Source of the DNA: Acidobacteriota bacterium
GTDB lineage: Bacteria > Acidobacteriota > UBA6911 > JACQSX01
Reading direction: 5' to 3'
Assembly (NCBI GenBank): GCA_016211105.1
Contig: JACQSX010000010.1
Location: 212,913-276,912, forward strand
DNA length: 64,000 nt
Both the position numbers and the translations under genes were made by a program. Positions 20,476 through 30,407 of the stretch are shown piece after piece (the first letter of the stretch is position 1; every line of letters starts with the position of its first letter). Under the pieces are notes generated by a model, which did no database searches, had not been told where the DNA came from, and was given only the letters and a program-made list of their open reading frames with translations.

Positions 20476-20545
20476 GGTCTTCAAAACCGTTGGGTGGGCG
20501 CGAGAGCGTCCCATCGGTGGGTTCGATTCCCATGCGCCTCCGCCA
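20476..20545 (+). tRNA. selC: 3' fragment of tRNA-Sec (anticodon TCA); probable att-site duplicate, not a complete tRNA
   Basis: GGT-CTTCAAA-ACC anticodon arm, long variable arm, GGTTCGATTCC T arm, GCCA end; no 5' acceptor strand (GGAGGCG) upstream. Confidence 0.8.
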
Positions 20546-20946
20546 ATTTAAATGTGAAGAAAGCCGAAGAATGCAATTTTGTATTCCAAAAGAGCTTGAA
20601 ATAGGCTTGCGATCTGCATTTAAATACGAGTATCCGTTCTGGCCGCTGCAAGATTTTTCAGGGCAATGTGGGTGGCAAAACGAGAATTTCGTCCTCGTTT
20701 TGTTGACGGCGCAGACGTCCAAGAATGTCGAATGACGAACTTCGAATGTCGCATTTTCCCCGAGGCGTTACGAATTCTCACAGAACGTAGGCTGCGAGCG
20801 ACATTCGGCAGTCGACATTGGGGAGATTTCAAGGGTGCAAGCCCGCGGCTAGCGAGTTGCCAGTCTGAAAACTTGCTCCCTTTTCGGACTGACTGCTGCA
20901 AAGCCCATTCCTGATCAGCCGGAACCATAGGCGAGGGTTTCGCTTC

Positions 20947-21987
20947 ATGCGGAACGAACAACTGATTCGCCAGTGGAAAATCCTGACGCATTTGAGCGCC
21001 TGCTCGGCGGCCGGCTACCGGCAGTTGATCGAAGCGCTGCACCCGGAGGATGCGGTCTCTCTGCGCACCCTTCAGCGGGACTTGCAGGCGCTGGAAATGG
21101 CCGGGTTTGCCTTAGAAACAGAAAGGCATGGCAAGGAGGTCTTTTGGTCGCTGCGGCTCAAACACGGGCTTCCTTTTCCAATTGAAATCCCGGAACTCAT
21201 CGCCTGCTACGCAGCCACCCTTGCGGCTCGCGTCCAAGATCTACCGGAGAGCAAGCACCTTGAGGCGCTCTGTCAGAAAATCATTGCTCCGTTGCCCTCA
21301 AAGACACGCGCGTTTCTTGAGGCGGCCAAACAGGCTTTGCTTGTCTTAGGTCCCGCCGGCTCGCCCGCTGGCGCGGCCAAGGGCAGGATAAATCAGTTCA
21401 CCCGGTGGGCCGTCGAATCCAAAACGGTAGAAATACTGTACGATTCTCTCCACAGTGGACGGCGCCGGTGGCGGCGCGTGGATCCCTACGCGATCATCAC
21501 AACTCCGTCGGGCAGTTATCTCTGGGGATATTGCCAGAGCAGTCGCCAGTTCCGCGTCTTCCACCTGGCGCGGATGCGCGAGAGTCGCCCCACGGGGGAG
21601 GTCTTCAGGAAGCTCGACGTATCCGCACCGGTGGCGTTTCAAGGGAGCTTTGAGATCTGGCAAGGAAAGCCCGAGCCTGTCTGTATCCGCTTTACCGGCC
21701 GCGCCGCCCTACTGGCGGCCGAGAAGCAATGGCATCCGTCGCAGACGATCACAAAAACACGGGACTGCCTTGACCTGCGCTTGACGGTTCATCCGGGAAA
21801 AGATTTGGAGCGCTGGATTTTGGGCTTCGGCGCGGAGGCCGAAGTGATCACGCCGGGATCCCTGCGAGAGCGAATCGCAGCCGAACTGCAGCGGGCAGCG
21901 CAGAGCTATCCTGCGCCAGTTGTGCAAAAGAAGCCGGTCAAGGCGGTCCGCTTGCGGGCGGCTGGACGCGCTCGGGCGGCAAGATAA
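20947..21987 (+). CDS. WYL-domain transcriptional regulator (HTH-WYL-WCX)
   Basis: VSLRTLQRDL HTH; RRVDPY..YLWGYC..FRVFHLARM; WILGFGAEAEVITPGSLR. Confidence 0.93.
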   Translation: MRNEQLIRQWKILTHLSACSAAGYRQLIEALHPEDAVSLRTLQRDLQALEMAGFALETERHGKEVFWSLRLKHGLPFPIEIPELIACYAATLAARVQDLPESKHLEALCQKIIAPLPSKTRAFLEAAKQALLVLGPAGSPAGAAKGRINQFTRWAVESKTVEILYDSLHSGRRRWRRVDPYAIITTPSGSYLWGYCQSSRQFRVFHLARMRESRPTGEVFRKLDVSAPVAFQGSFEIWQGKPEPVCIRFTGRAALLAAEKQWHPSQTITKTRDCLDLRLTVHPGKDLERWILGFGAEAEVITPGSLRERIAAELQRAAQSYPAPVVQKKPVKAVRLRAAGRARAAR

Positions 21988-22005
21988 AAAAATTTTTGGC
22001 TCGCG

Positions 22006-22037
22006 CGACCTGACCTGTCGTGATTGCCCCGTATAAG
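22006..22037 (+). promoter_or_regulatory. candidate WYL-regulator operator/promoter
   Basis: CGAC-N7-GTCG inverted repeat; TGTCGT-N10-TATAAG. Confidence 0.45.
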
Positions 22038-22228
22038 GGTTGAGGGCAAATAGCAAGAGTACGGCATGGAGTCGAGGGAGCGGAGCTGTGGGCGTTGGAA
22101 GATCGGCGCGGATGCGCCTGGATAGGATTTTCAAGACGAGATGTGCGGGACGAAATAGAATGGTAACGAAACCATGGAAAGCACTGATAACCGGCGCTAC
22201 TGAGACGCGACAGCAGGGTCTCGCTCCG

Positions 22229-22726
22229 ATGAAGCACACGCTCGAAGTTCTGAACGAATTGGAAAGGGCCGGCATCGTGACTCGCTATGCGATTGGCGGT
22301 GCGATGGGGGCCACCTTCTACGTGGAGCCGCTTTTGACCTTCGATCTGGACATCTTCGTGATGCTGCCGCAGACTGCGGGTGGATTGCTCACACTGGACG
22401 TGCTCTATGAAGCCTTGCGGGCACGCGGCTATGCGGAAGAAGGTGAATGCGTGAACATCGAGGGTGTGCCCGTCCAGTTCCTCCCGGCCTACAACGCCCT
22501 GCTGGTGGAGGCATTGCAAGAGGCACGCGAGAGTTTGTACGAAGAGGTGCAAACACGCGTTCTGCGGGCTGAACATTTGACGGCGATTTGTGTGCAAAGC
22601 GGCAGGGCGAAGGACCGGGAGCGGGTGCGACTCCTGCAGGAGCAGGCGGCGCTGGACATAGACTACTTGGCCGGGGTACTGGCGCGGCACGGCCTGACAG
22701 AGATGTGGCAAGAATGGACCCGGTAA
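22229..22726 (+). CDS. nucleotidyltransferase-fold protein
   Basis: YAIGG.....Y..P..TFDLDIF; SGRAKD. Confidence 0.8.
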   Translation: MKHTLEVLNELERAGIVTRYAIGGAMGATFYVEPLLTFDLDIFVMLPQTAGGLLTLDVLYEALRARGYAEEGECVNIEGVPVQFLPAYNALLVEALQEARESLYEEVQTRVLRAEHLTAICVQSGRAKDRERVRLLQEQAALDIDYLAGVLARHGLTEMWQEWTR

Positions 22727-22929
22727 GTCCCGAAGTCGATCGGCTCTTTGCCGCCAAGGAAGAGCGTCGCAAACGACTCGCAAGGCTTCCATTCGCCGAA
22801 AAGGTCAAGGTGGTCGTCCGGCTGCAGCAGATGGCCGTGCCGCTGCTGCGCCGGCGTGGAAGACAAGTGCGCGCATGGAATTTGGAGGAACCCCAGGGTG
22901 ATCGACCTAGGAGGCGAGTAGATGATTGA
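22714..22929 (+). CDS. small helical protein coupled to the nucleotidyltransferase
   Basis: MDPVSPEVDRLFAAKEERRKRLARLPFAEKV; overlaps upstream gene. Confidence 0.6.
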   Translation: MDPVSPEVDRLFAAKEERRKRLARLPFAEKVKVVVRLQQMAVPLLRRRGRQVRAWNLEEPQGDRPRRRVDD

Positions 22930-23016
22930 GCATGTCCATGGCGGTGGTGAAGAGCACACGCTGGTTGGGGTGGGGTGATGGGATCGGCGTTTGGAGAGAG
23001 GAGAGGCGAGAAGAAT

Positions 23017-23298
23017 GTGAGCTTAGCTCGGAGCCTCGATCAAAAGATTTATTTCATTCGAGGTCACCGGGTAATGTTAGACGAGGATTGGGCCGATTTA
23101 TACGCGGTCGCGACGAAGCGGCTGAATGAACAGGTAAAGAGAAATATTGACCGTTTCCCGGAAGATTTCATGTTTCAACTGAGCGCCGAGGAATTCACAC
23201 TTTTGAGGCCGCACATTGCGACCTCAAAAGGTCGAGGTGGACGCCGAACGCTCCCTATGCGTTTACCGAGCATGGCGCAGTGATGCTGGCCAGCGTAG
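23017..23298 (+). pseudogene. ORF6N-domain DNA-binding protein, frameshifted and truncated at a REP element
   Basis: IRGHRVMLD, LNEQVKRNIDRFPEDFMFQL; LPYAFTEHGAVMLASV continues in another frame. Confidence 0.8.
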
Positions 23299-23307
23299 GA
23301 AAAAATG

Positions 23308-23332
23308 CCGAGCCGTGCGCGTAAGCAAGCGG
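23308..23332 (-). repeat. REP-like element (CCGCTTGCTTACGCGCGCGGCTCGG family)
   Basis: 24/25 identical to copies at 38058 and 63289. Confidence 0.75.
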
Positions 23333-23441
23333 ACTCTCCGCCTTTGGGGCGACACACCGATGATGCTCAATTCCGAGGTCCGCAATAGAAGCGAGTGTCC
23401 ATGCTTGCGCCAGATACTGGTGGCTCATAAGGAACTGAAGA

Positions 23442-23798
23442 TCACTGAACATCTTCCGGCGCGAGAATCTCCTCGAGAGCTGCGACCAAAGCCGGCAGAT
23501 CGCGTGAGACAACTTGCCACAGAATATCAAAGTCAACAGAGTTATAACCATGAATGAGCCGGTTGCGAAGACCTACAATCTGCGACCACGCTATTTGGGG
23601 ATACAGGGCCCAGTCCTCCTTGGGAATTCGGGCCGCTGCTTCACCCACGATTTCCACCAGACGAACAAGCGCCAGATTCAGGAGCCGATCCGAATCCAGG
23701 TCTTGGCGATTTCTCCCTTCCACAAGAGAGACTGCCTCTTTGGCGTGATCCAGCATATGGCGCAAGCGCATGATCCGATCACGCCTGCTCATACGCAA
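23442..23798 (-). CDS. HEPN (DUF86/HepT-like) ribonuclease toxin
   Basis: RNRLIHGY RxxxxH motif; EIVGEAA. Confidence 0.9.
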   Translation of the reverse strand: MRMSRRDRIMRLRHMLDHAKEAVSLVEGRNRQDLDSDRLLNLALVRLVEIVGEAAARIPKEDWALYPQIAWSQIVGLRNRLIHGYNSVDFDILWQVVSRDLPALVAALEEILAPEDVQ

Positions 23799-24075
23799 TC
23801 TCCGCTTCTCTTACCACCTGGTCGCGGAAATATGGACTTAGAAAAGGGAGTGTGTTCAGCTCCACCCTTCGACCCAAAATTTCCGAAAGCTCTTGCTCCA
23901 TCGCGAAGAATGCAAGCCCTGGAACATGCCCGGCCTCAAATTCTACCAGTACGTCCACATCGCTGTGGGGCTGGAAGTCGTCTCGAAGCACTGAGCCGAA
24001 GAAGGCCAATTTGCGAATATGGTGCTTCCGGCAGAAATCGGCGATCCTGGCTCGGTCCACGGCAATACGAACCAT
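23779..24075 (-). CDS. MNT nucleotidyltransferase antitoxin (MntA-like)
   Basis: FFGSVLRDDF...SDVDVLVEF. Confidence 0.92.
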   Translation of the reverse strand: MVRIAVDRARIADFCRKHHIRKLAFFGSVLRDDFQPHSDVDVLVEFEAGHVPGLAFFAMEQELSEILGRRVELNTLPFLSPYFRDQVVREAEIAYEQA

Positions 24076-24157
24076 CTTTTTCTCTTATCTCTCCCGGCGG
24101 CGCGGCCCCGACCCCACTCAATCAAAGTCACCGGCTGGGCGCGCAGGAGAATGGTAG

Positions 24158-24780
<623 letters not shown>

Positions 24781-24781
24781 T

Positions 24782-25058
24782 ACTGAACATCTTCCGGCGC
24801 GAGGATCTCTTCGAGAGCTGCGACCAGAGCAGGCAGATCGCGTCAGACAACTTGCCGCGGGAGATCAAAGTCAACAGAGTTTATAGCCATGCTATGCTAT
24901 CAGCTCAAAAATGTTGAATTTTGTTCAGCATCTTTTAAAAGATTCGCGCCAGACCGAGCCGCGCCGCGGCTCAGTCGGTTCCTTTCCGCACGCTTACGCG
25001 GCTCCGCCCGGGATTTTCACACGTTCTCAGCACCTAGTCGCGGAAATACAGACTTAGA
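24782..25058 (-). pseudogene. degenerate second copy of the HEPN/MNT pair
   Basis: 24782-24891 resembles 23443-23552; 25031-25058 matches 23815-23842 at 25/28. Confidence 0.7.
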
Positions 25059-25185
25059 TCTTGATTTTCATCTGCCTTTCAGGATGGCAGGCTGCGCTTG
25101 GATCATGGCTACGGGGTAAGATAGCGGGTGGGCCGGCTGTTGAGTTAAACTACGTGTAGCAGATCCGCGTATAAGGAGAGATTCG

Positions 25186-25446
25186 ATGGTTGTTCGTGGT
25201 CGTGTGCAGAATGGTGTCGTGGTGCTTGAGGACGGCGTAAAGTTGCCCGATGGAACTCGCGTTACAGTCGCCCCTATAGATGAATTGGACGCGAAGAGCA
25301 CGTCCCCGCCAGCAGAAATCATGTCGGAGCAAGATCACAGGTGGTTGATCGAAGCGTTAGACCGGATTGCCTCGCTGCCTATTGAGGGACCGGACGACGG
25401 ATTCAGTGGCGCAGATCATGATCGTATATTGTACGGCAAGACATAA
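25186..25446 (+). CDS. DUF104/AF2212-like antitoxin; followed by a VapC start (MVFVDTSA) that breaks off
   Basis: GRVQNGVVVL...LPDGTRVTV; DHDRILYG; next ATG at 25446. Confidence 0.75.
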   Translation: MVVRGRVQNGVVVLEDGVKLPDGTRVTVAPIDELDAKSTSPPAEIMSEQDHRWLIEALDRIASLPIEGPDDGFSGADHDRILYGKT

Positions 25447-25549
25447 TGGTCTTCGTGGACACGAGCGCCTGTGTACACGGGGTTGAGAACGTGAGAAACA
25501 TTTGGCCATCCGAGGCGGCGAATGTGAGAACGTGAGAAAAATTAGAAAT

Positions 25550-25573
25550 CCGAGCCGCGCGCGAAGCAAGCGG
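25550..25573 (-). repeat. REP-like element
   Basis: one-base-deleted copy of the same 25-mer. Confidence 0.7.
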
Positions 25574-25726
25574 CGGTGACATTGAAAGTCACCTGCTTCA
25601 AAGCGACTCCTGATGTTTCAGTACATATGAGACACTTACGGTAACATCGGTGCAGCCGACTTTCATTCTTCGCGACGCTCCATTACTGTCGCGGCCTCGG
25701 ACTGGAAGTCTTCTCTCACGTTCTGA

Positions 25727-26110
<384 letters not shown>

Positions 26111-26121
26111 TGAAGAAGGCC

Positions 26122-26682
26122 TTGAATCGAGCTGTCAAGCGTAATATCGGGCGATTCCCCAGCGACTTCGTGTTTCAACTGACGCTTGAGGAAGCGCGTG
26201 ACTTGAGGTTCCATTTTGGCACCTCACGTTTAAGGTCACAAATTGGCAGCTCAGCATTGGGTGGGCGGCATTACCGCCCCTACGCCTTCACGGAACAAGG
26301 CATAGCGATGCTGTCCAGTGTTCTCCGCAGCAAAAGAGCCGTCCAGGTCAACATCGCCATCATGCGCACTTTCGTGAGGCTCCGCCAGATGCTGGCAAGC
26401 CACAAAGATCTCGCCCGCAAGCTGGAAGCTCTGGAGGTAAAATATAACGCTCAGTTCAAAGTGGTTTTCGATGCCATCCGCAAGCTCAAGGAGCCATCAC
26501 CGGCCCCTTCACGACGTTGGATCGGTTTTACCGACAAGGGTGAGGATAGGAATTGGCACCATTACGACGCTCAGGGAACGGCTACGTCAATCGCCATCCT
26601 GGAGACTCGTTGTGCAGTTATCGCGAGGAGGCCTCGCTGTGGTAGAGCGTGGGTCAACCGTAGGGGAAAATTTCTAAGATGA
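26122..26682 (+). pseudogene. ORF6N-domain protein lacking its N-terminus
   Basis: LNRAVKRNIGRFPSDFVFQL, PYAFTEQGIAMLSSVLRS, RWIGF. Confidence 0.75.
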
Positions 26683-28589
26683 TTCATCAATTCGCCGAAC
26701 TTGGGGGTTTTTACCGCGAAAGTGAGGGTATAGGAAACGGCGAGAAAGATCGTCTTGCCCAGTTCGTCCAGGATCCAGCGCAGAAGTTCCGCACGCGTAC
26801 CGTCCTGCTCCTTGTATTCTCTGGCAAAGGCTTCGAGCGCGTGAAGGTTGAGGACTACGACAACAATAGGAAGCTAATCTACCTTTATCGCGGGGGCCCA
26901 CCCAATGGGTGGGACGCGACCCCCACCACTGGCTTGCAGGCGGTGAGGAAGGCCGACGAATTCGATGAAGCGGTTAGAAAGAAACTGGCCCGGCTTGCCA
27001 GGAGTATCGCCGATGCCAAGGATCATGTCGATGGGCCTTCGGAAGCAGAGAAGCCCGCGCTCGAAGTTTTGCATTCCAAGATCGACACTGCAGGTAGTGC
27101 TGGCATTTCCGTTACGGAAGAATCGGAAAGGTTAGGAGCAAAAGTTCTTGCGGCGATCAAGTCCGCTCATCCACCTGAGTCTAAGGAGGCTGCAATTCTT
27201 TCTGTCGCATGGCAGACCACGGATGGGAACATCATGCGGGTCGGTGACTTCGCGGCCTTCCAACAGGCACTAACTCGGCACGGCCAAGGGGCAGCATCGC
27301 ATAAGAAAAGCATCGAGGGCGAGGTCAAAGGCAGGGGCCAGTGCTGCATCTGCGGGAAACTGAACACAGAAGTTTCTGGATTGCTTCAAGTGCCGCAATT
27401 CAAGCTTTACACACTGGATAAACCCGGATCGGTATCAGGTGGATTCAATGCAATCGATGCTTGGCGGAACTTCCCTGCCTGCCGGGAATGTTGCGACAAA
27501 GTCGACTTCGCAGGTGAGCGGATAAAGAAGAATCTCACGTTTGATTATTACTCGACGTTTAAGTACTTGTTCCTGCCCCTGGCTGTTCGCCTGCAGCCGA
27601 CTCTCGCGTTCGACTTGCTCGACCGTCTTATCAGTGCCCGCTTTAACAAAAAAGCCGCGAAACGCCTAACAGCGGCAGAGGACGAGTTGTTTTACGTTGT
27701 CGCTCTGGAGAAGAACTTCCTGCAGGTAGATCTGCTTTTCTATCAACCTGACCCTCAGTCATTTCGCCCAGCTCTTTATATATCGGGCCTTCTGCCATCC
27801 CGTTTTCGAGCACTGTTCGACGCAAAGGATCGTGTTGATGCCCACCCTTGGTTAAACGAGCCGAGTCCCAAGGCTTTTGTACAAGGACAGTTCACGTTCG
27901 GCTCAGTTAACAGGGTCTTTCCCCACGCCCACGGCGGTAGCAATTTCGATGACGACTTCATGGAGGCCACACGAGCAGCCCTTGAGTTACGACCGTTTCC
28001 AGCGACGCGGCTGTTGCAGAGTGGCATGCGGTGGGTTCGGCAAGATTACGTTGGTGGCAAAACATGGCAATATCGACTTGCCGATCTGTTTCGTTCGATC
28101 CTCTTCTTCGAAGAACTTCTGACACTCAGTCAGCAAAGGAGTAACGCAGCTATGCAAATCGATTATGGCAAATCTCCGCAGGCCGACCGCGTTCGCGCAG
28201 TCTTGAAAAATGCAACGGGGAAGCTCAGCACCGATCCGGCGGCTCAAGCAGCCTTTTTGGTTGGCGCCTGTTGCTTTCGAATCGAGCGCCTCCAGGAATT
28301 TGCGCGCGGGTCAACGCCATTCGCTGGCAAACTCAAAGGCTTCCGCCTCAATCAGGCCGATGTCCAGCGACGACTTTTCGTTGCAGCAAAGGACAAGGCC
28401 AAAGCCTACGGTGAAGGCAAAGTCGCCGGATTGCTTGAATGCGCAGGCGCCGCTCTTATGGTGGCGCCTGAGCAGTGGCCGCTTTCGCCCGACGAAGTGT
28501 CGTACTTCTTCGCCCTTGGCCATGCCTTAGGACCGCGATTTGCCAGTGATTCCAACGAAGGCGAGAAAGCCCAAGCAGCAAAGGAGTAG
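26679..28589 (+). CDS. cas8b: type I-B large subunit Cas8b (Csh1/TM1802-like)
   Basis: CCICG, YTLDKPG, AWRNFPACREC, FLVG, FFALG; first gene of cas7-cas5-cas3 operon. Confidence 0.85.
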   Translation: MIHQFAELGGFYRESEGIGNGEKDRLAQFVQDPAQKFRTRTVLLLVFSGKGFERVKVEDYDNNRKLIYLYRGGPPNGWDATPTTGLQAVRKADEFDEAVRKKLARLARSIADAKDHVDGPSEAEKPALEVLHSKIDTAGSAGISVTEESERLGAKVLAAIKSAHPPESKEAAILSVAWQTTDGNIMRVGDFAAFQQALTRHGQGAASHKKSIEGEVKGRGQCCICGKLNTEVSGLLQVPQFKLYTLDKPGSVSGGFNAIDAWRNFPACRECCDKVDFAGERIKKNLTFDYYSTFKYLFLPLAVRLQPTLAFDLLDRLISARFNKKAAKRLTAAEDELFYVVALEKNFLQVDLLFYQPDPQSFRPALYISGLLPSRFRALFDAKDRVDAHPWLNEPSPKAFVQGQFTFGSVNRVFPHAHGGSNFDDDFMEATRAALELRPFPATRLLQSGMRWVRQDYVGGKTWQYRLADLFRSILFFEELLTLSQQRSNAAMQIDYGKSPQADRVRAVLKNATGKLSTDPAAQAAFLVGACCFRIERLQEFARGSTPFAGKLKGFRLNQADVQRRLFVAAKDKAKAYGEGKVAGLLECAGAALMVAPEQWPLSPDEVSYFFALGHALGPRFASDSNEGEKAQAAKE

Positions 28590-28665
28590 CAACATGGCAA
28601 AGAGAAAATCCAGGCCAAAACGCGGTAAGGAGCCAAAGCGTTCCAGAGCCATAAGGAGAAATGCA

Positions 28666-29688
28666 ATGAACAAGTCAATAATCAAAAACCGCACCGAAAT
28701 CTTGTTCGTTTACGACATCACGGATGCCAACCCGAATGGCGATCCAAACGATGAGAACCGCCCTAGAATGGACGTCGAAACGGGACTAGCAAAGGTTTCG
28801 GATGTCCGGCTCAAACGCACCGTTCGCGATTACCTGTACGACTACTCTGGCGAGGAGATCTTCTGCCGCGAGATTGAGAAACCAGATGGCACGATCCAGG
28901 AAGGCAAAGACCGAGCTGAGGACTTCTTCGATCAGGTTGAGGAGGCCGCGAGGAAGAAGGCGAAGAACGTCCTGGAGAAGCGCAACTTGATCCAGGCGGG
29001 CGTGCTGGAGAAGTGCATTGATGTTCGGCTTTTCGGCGCCACAATTCCAGTTGGGAAAATCCCGACCAACAAGAACGAGAAGGATTCCAGTGTCACGCTC
29101 ACCGGCCCAGTGCAGTTTGCAATGGGTAGCAGTCTTCATCGCGTTGAGCCGCGATTCATCAAGGGAACGGGTGCCTTTGCTTCAGGTCAGGGTGCTCAGC
29201 AGAAGACTTTCCGGGAGGAATACGTTCTCCCCTACGCGCTCATCAGCTTCTACGGAATCGTCAACCAGCAGGCAGCCAAAACGACGGGCCTCAGCGCCGA
29301 AGATGTGGAGAGGCTTTACGAAGCGATGTGGTACGGTACAAAGAACCTGATCACACGGTCCAAGATCGGGCAGCGACCCTTGTTGCTTGTGTTGGTCGAG
29401 TACAAGACTGAGAACGCGAACTCCTACATCGGACGGTTGGACCGCTTTTTGAGTCTTTCGAAAGATAACAAGAACGGAACCGTGCCGCGCGATGAAGAGC
29501 TTCGCGAGGTTCAACAGGGCAATCTCAATCTTGAGTCGTTATCTAAAGCCATCAACTCCAGAAAAGAGAAGATCGCGAGAATACGTTTCGCTTGGGATGA
29601 GCGTCTCCCACTGTCGCACCGGCCAGCTAAGTCGAACGGAAAGTGGACGTTCCTTGGATGTCCTGCTGAAAAACTGGAGTTCGAGTAA
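28666..29688 (+). CDS. cas7: type I-B Cas7 (Csh2); alternative start at 28594
   Basis: NPNGDPNDENRPRMD, VSDVRLKRTVRD, DVRLFGAT, TGPVQF, TRSKIGQ. Confidence 0.93.
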   Translation: MNKSIIKNRTEILFVYDITDANPNGDPNDENRPRMDVETGLAKVSDVRLKRTVRDYLYDYSGEEIFCREIEKPDGTIQEGKDRAEDFFDQVEEAARKKAKNVLEKRNLIQAGVLEKCIDVRLFGATIPVGKIPTNKNEKDSSVTLTGPVQFAMGSSLHRVEPRFIKGTGAFASGQGAQQKTFREEYVLPYALISFYGIVNQQAAKTTGLSAEDVERLYEAMWYGTKNLITRSKIGQRPLLLVLVEYKTENANSYIGRLDRFLSLSKDNKNGTVPRDEELREVQQGNLNLESLSKAINSRKEKIARIRFAWDERLPLSHRPAKSNGKWTFLGCPAEKLEFE

Positions 29689-29690
29689 TC

Positions 29691-30407
29691 ATGCGTCGCG
29701 AGTTCGCGATCTTCGATGTAGCATCGGACATGGCCCACTTTCGGCGTCAGTATGCTATCACCACGGCGCTGACATACGTTCTGCCACCTCGAACGGCGCT
29801 TTGTGGACTCATCGGCGCAGTGCTCGGCCTGCCCAAGAACGATTCGCTGTCGTCTTTTCAGGACCGCGAGGCTGTCTTCGGCATCCAAATCGTGGAACCG
29901 ATCCGCACAGGCCATGTCTCAATCAATCTTTTGGACACAAAGGGTAGTCCGGACTTCCGTCCGAAAGCGGTAAATCCGCACACAACCATGCGCTACGAAA
30001 TCGTGAGTTCTCCGCGATACCGCATCATGTTCAGCCATGCGAAACTGGCTCAGCAGCTTGCGACATCGCTTCAGCGTGGTGAATCGCGATACACACCATG
30101 CCTGGGCTTGGCTTGGATGGTAGCTTGGTTTCCGGACGCTTGCCGCACAGTCGACGTGGAGTTAATCGAGGGCGATAATGAAGTCCGGTCTTTCGTTTCC
30201 CCGGTGCGTGCAGACGACCTTGTGGCCGACGTTCAATGGAATGCGGACAGCGTCTATCAGCGATTGCGAATGCCGGCCGAGATGCAGCCGGATCGGCTGG
30301 TCACACGCTACGAGCAGTACATAATCGACACTACCGGGCATCCCATTGAAACCGCACTGAAAGTGTATTGGAGACTGCCGGATGACACTTGCTTTTCAGC
30401 AATGTGA
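29691..30407 (+). CDS. cas5: type I-B Cas5
   Basis: AHFRR...ALTY..PPRTALCGLIGAVLG; YTPCLG. Confidence 0.9.
   Translation: MRREFAIFDVASDMAHFRRQYAITTALTYVLPPRTALCGLIGAVLGLPKNDSLSSFQDREAVFGIQIVEPIRTGHVSINLLDTKGSPDFRPKAVNPHTTMRYEIVSSPRYRIMFSHAKLAQQLATSLQRGESRYTPCLGLAWMVAWFPDACRTVDVELIEGDNEVRSFVSPVRADDLVADVQWNADSVYQRLRMPAEMQPDRLVTRYEQYIIDTTGHPIETALKVYWRLPDDTCFSAM

Noticed and set aside
20476..20545. Functional tRNA-Sec gene
   Set aside because: 5' acceptor strand and D arm are missing
20722..20751. Short heptamer/octamer tandem repeats (CGAATGT-like; also TGAGAACG at 25.5 kb, AGATAAGATGAAG at 42.5 kb, AAATAAGC at 16.5 kb)
   Set aside because: Only 2-4 units each, unrelated to one another; no function supportable
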